DNA of 64,000 bases from Basidiobolus meristosporus CBS 931.73. Lineage: Eukaryota > Fungi > Basidiobolomycota. Each line of letters begins with the position of its first letter. Within the stretch, counting starts at the first letter, position 1. The DNA lies in NCBI GenBank assembly GCA_002104905.1, contig MCFE01000433.1, forward strand, positions 11,871 through 75,870, written 5' to 3'. The notes below the pieces were generated by a model. It had not been told where the DNA came from. It did no database searches and worked only from the letters and a program-made list of their open reading frames with translations. The translations under genes were made by a program, and so were the position numbers. This document shows, one piece after another, positions 61,201 to 64,000 of this stretch.

Positions 61201-62442
61201 TCATCTTCTCCTGGGTTTTTTTCTCACAGGGATTACTACTGAAGCATTTGGTAGTGACTCACTTTGTACACCTATACTACTTCCTGGCTGACTATCATCT
61301 TGGCTACTTGTGTATTTGTAGTCAGTATTTTGCCTCCTAGTTGATGAGTGCAATGCTGCAGCTTGGCCGCGCTGAATTGCTGCAACTGAACCAACTGAAC
61401 CAACTGAACCGGCCTGTAGTGCCACGCGCTGACGCGTTCTTTTACTTGCCAAGGGCTCCGGTGGTTGAGTCACTTCATGTTGGTCATCATCAGTCAGTTC
61501 ACCAGAAGTAACTTGCTGATGGTCAGGCAAAACGGCACGCGCAGGCGCACCTTGACGCGTTGAGATGGCCCTTGGCTGAGTTTGATGTGATGCCGCATGT
61601 TGACGTGACTCGGTCCGCTCCAATGGACTTGTGTCTAAATGAGCAGTTTGGCAAGTTCTGGTAGTTTTGCTCTGAAGCGTGCGCGTTGACTTGACGCGGG
61701 GCATTCTGGTAAAGGGTGTTGGCGTGGTTTGGACTGACGTGCACCGGCGCGCTGTGGTTGCAAGAGATGGTAGGGAATCCAGCGAGGCGTGCTGGCGCAA
61801 TCTGGACGATGTTGCTTGCAGTCTGTATTTTTCCTCCTGAAGCTCACCATCTGATTCCTCAAGGTGTTCACTTACCCTCTGTCTGATACTTTGGAGCTGT
61901 TGCCTGGATGAGTCCTGTGTATATTGCTCTTGGAAGCCACTTAGCTCTACTAATATATCACATAGTACATTAGTCATTTGAGGCAAAAACTCATTCAAAA
62001 TCTCTTTGGTTCCCAAAGTTGAGGCACAAACGGACGCGTCCAGCCCGTACTGTGCAAATTGCGCGCAAAATTGTTCCCGCATGGCTTCCTCGTCAAATCC
62101 CCTCACTCTCAGCTCATTCTTGATTTCAATACTTGTCTTGTTATATATCTTTTTACATACATCAGCTGGCATCTTGATGTAGAACTCATGCCACAGCTTT
62201 CTACTCAAATTCTTCCATCTTTGTCGACTCTCTGAGGTATCTAGTTCTACTAGATTAATCAGTAGTGCCCAAATATCTGTATGAAGGCTCATCATAGACA
62301 CTTGGGCCATACTAAAATCATTTGGCAAGAACTCAAACGGATCCAACATTGACTTTTCCGGTCTGGACCGCGCTTGTGAGCTGGGGGATGGGTTTTGTCT
62401 GGGTTGTACTAAAGATGAGTTGAGGCTTGGTATGGGGACCAT
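61201..62442 (-). CDS. Harbinger partner protein ORF2 (Myb/trihelix-like), 413 aa
   Basis: Near-identical to 43566-44837, with CpG-type substitutions and a 10-aa repeat contraction. Confidence 0.75.
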   Translation of the reverse strand: MVPIPSLNSSLVQPRQNPSPSSQARSRPEKSMLDPFEFLPNDFSMAQVSMMSLHTDIWALLINLVELDTSESRQRWKNLSRKLWHEFYIKMPADVCKKIYNKTSIEIKNELRVRGFDEEAMREQFCAQFAQYGLDASVCASTLGTKEILNEFLPQMTNVLCDILVELSGFQEQYTQDSSRQQLQSIRQRVSEHLEESDGELQEEKYRLQATSSRLRQHASLDSLPSLATTARRCTSVQTTPTPFTRMPRVKSTRTLQSKTTRTCQTAHLDTSPLERTESRQHAASHQTQPRAISTRQGAPARAVLPDHQQVTSGELTDDDQHEVTQPPEPLASKRTRQRVALQAGSVGSVGSVAAIQRGQAAALHSSTRRQNTDYKYTSSQDDSQPGSSIGVQSESLPNASVVIPVRKKPRRR

Positions 62443-62801
62443 AGCAATGGATTTGGATACTTATACAGCAGTATATTGGCATCAACCTGGTCTTATATGA
62501 AATATATATGAAAACTAAAGTGATTGTTGAATTTTCCATATATTATGCATGATGCATCTTGGATCGCGTTGACACGGATCAGATCACATCAATCGCAGAT
62601 TTCCTATTTGATTATAGACCTATGATTAAAGCATCAATAAAAGTACCAGGGCATTGTTTGCGGATGATTTTTGCAACATAATGATGGGATACATGGCAAT
62701 TGATGGAGATTTAACCATAATGTGTTAAAAATCAGAAAAATAACACAGATCGCGCCGAATCGATATAATATGCCTCCATACAATCATCCATCAATTTTAA
62801 T

Positions 62802-63686
62802 ATGACTTACTCATCTGAATGGTCTTTTCTCATCAATCCCACCACTACCACTGGATTTCCTTTTGACACACTGGAGGAGATCTATTCCAAGTACTGTGGA
62901 CCATCAACCCCAATCTACTCAAGGAGATCCCTTGTTAAGCTTCTCTGCTATTACAAGAACTATTGCCCTACAAGGTTTCATCCCACCATCCATGGCAACA
63001 AAAGTCCTAGAAGCTTTCATTCCCAGCTGACAGCAATGGAGAACCACCTTGCAGAGGGTATGAATGACTTAGAGCAAGCTTGGAATACTAGGTTCAGAAG
63101 CTCCAATAGACTTCCATATCCCAGAGTGTTCAGCAACAGGTTCCATATCAGGAGTATTTTGGATACCTTCCCAGTGAGGATTAACAGACCTTCTAGAGGG
63201 CAGAGGCACTTTTATTCTGGCAAGTACAAGGCACACTGTGTGAAGTTTCAAGCACTGTCTGACATTGAGGGTAACATCATCTGGTTTAGTGGGCCATTTG
63301 CTGGAAGTAGGCATGACAAAGCACTCTGGGTAGAGAATCATCCTGAATTCAGTAGAGGGGAGAAATGTATGGCAGACTTGGCCTATATAGGAGAGGATTG
63401 TCAGAGATTAGGATGTATTACAGCTTATAGGAAGCCAAGGAATGGTTTGCTTAGCAGGAAGCAGAAGCTCTACAATGAGATATTTAATCATTTCAGAGTA
63501 AGGGTAGAGCACACATTTGGATATCTGAAGAGATTCAGCATATTGGCAGGTAAATACAGAGGAAAGTCATATATAGGAGAAAACAGCAGAATAGGTAAAA
63601 TAGTTAAGATACTTATTAATGCACAGTATGTTCATACAAGAAGACATCCACTGAGAGAAATGTGTCTGGAGCATTATGAAGAGTAA
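62802..63686 (+). CDS. DDE_Tnp_4 transposase, 294 aa
   Basis: Differs from 42322-43206 at five residues by eye. Catalytic motifs intact. Confidence 0.93.
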   Translation: MTYSSEWSFLINPTTTTGFPFDTLEEIYSKYCGPSTPIYSRRSLVKLLCYYKNYCPTRFHPTIHGNKSPRSFHSQLTAMENHLAEGMNDLEQAWNTRFRSSNRLPYPRVFSNRFHIRSILDTFPVRINRPSRGQRHFYSGKYKAHCVKFQALSDIEGNIIWFSGPFAGSRHDKALWVENHPEFSRGEKCMADLAYIGEDCQRLGCITAYRKPRNGLLSRKQKLYNEIFNHFRVRVEHTFGYLKRFSILAGKYRGKSYIGENSRIGKIVKILINAQYVHTRRHPLREMCLEHYEE

Positions 63687-64000
63687 ATAAAGCAAGGAAA
63701 GCACTATTCTGAGCAACATAAGTAAGATTGAGTAAAATTACCAGTAACTGTATCATACCACTGGCATCATGGTAGAAATTATAGTGCCAGAGTGCTGTAG
63801 AGTGCCAGATCGATCCGGCACTATAAACCGGCTGGCACTATGTGGCACTATCCGACGGAACAAGTCTAATAATATGCGCTTTTACATGATGGCCATTCAC
63901 TGTTATCCTGCTGGAAAGCATACAAAATTCATTCAGCAATGGATACAGGTAGCTATCCAGGTTGGATGGTGATTTAGGCCAGATACCAGTGAGACTACCA

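Larger units (their letters stand above)
60459..63867 (+). mobile_element. PIF/Harbinger-superfamily element copy 3, intact, 3409 bp, TSD AAT
   Basis: AGACTTGTTCC at 60459 and GGAACAAGTCT ending at 63867, with AAT on both sides. Opposite orientation to copies 0-2. Confidence 0.95.
58491..64000 (-). mobile_element. CACTA/CMC-type element copy D (Tnp2/DUF4218 pseudogene on minus), runs off the window; interrupted by Harbinger copy 3
   Basis: Terminus CCCTATGAAAAATAATTTGGTCC at 58491. With copy 3 removed it reads PKSPSNLDSYLYPLLNEF...HIIICIGDTPAISKMAGFSRHNGRYCCQMC; also FWEFPMEWMCGGIGRQVK. Confidence 0.88.

Noticed and set aside
46496-63867. Recurrent AGACTTGTTCC...GTGCC blocks as a CRISPR-like array
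   Set aside because: They are TIRs with TSDs at kilobase spacing, with no regular spacers and no cas genes, in a eukaryotic context.

Overview
Eukaryotic window, most likely an early-diverging fungus (inferred from GT-AG introns, the GPCR type and the TE families). It has two halves. 1-19 kb is gene-rich with normal CpG: Rab8/Sec4, a CreA/Mig1-like C2H2 factor, a divergent dephospho-CoA-kinase-like gene, a NIPA Mg2+ transporter, an intronless GPCR and a transmembrane RING-H2 ligase. From about 19.5 kb to the end is a CpG-depleted nest of transposons: Ty1/copia and Ty3/gypsy remnants, solo LTRs, several CACTA-type (Tnp2/DUF4218) elements ending in CCCTA, and a young PIF/Harbinger-superfamily family. 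That family has 11-bp TIRs AGACTTGTTCC, 3-bp A-N-T/A TSDs, and head-to-head DDE transposase and Myb/trihelix-like genes. It is present as four copies plus three foldback MITEs: two complete 734-bp palindromes and one rearranged remnant. Main candidates for new biology: (i) two different family members sit at the identical nucleotide of the Tnp2 gene in two diverged CACTA copies; (ii) the intact transposase gene is essentially CpG-free while its partner gene is CpG-rich and decays by CpG transitions; (iii) the MITE is built from two left ends and its arms look homogenised within each copy. All counts and alignments were done by eye.
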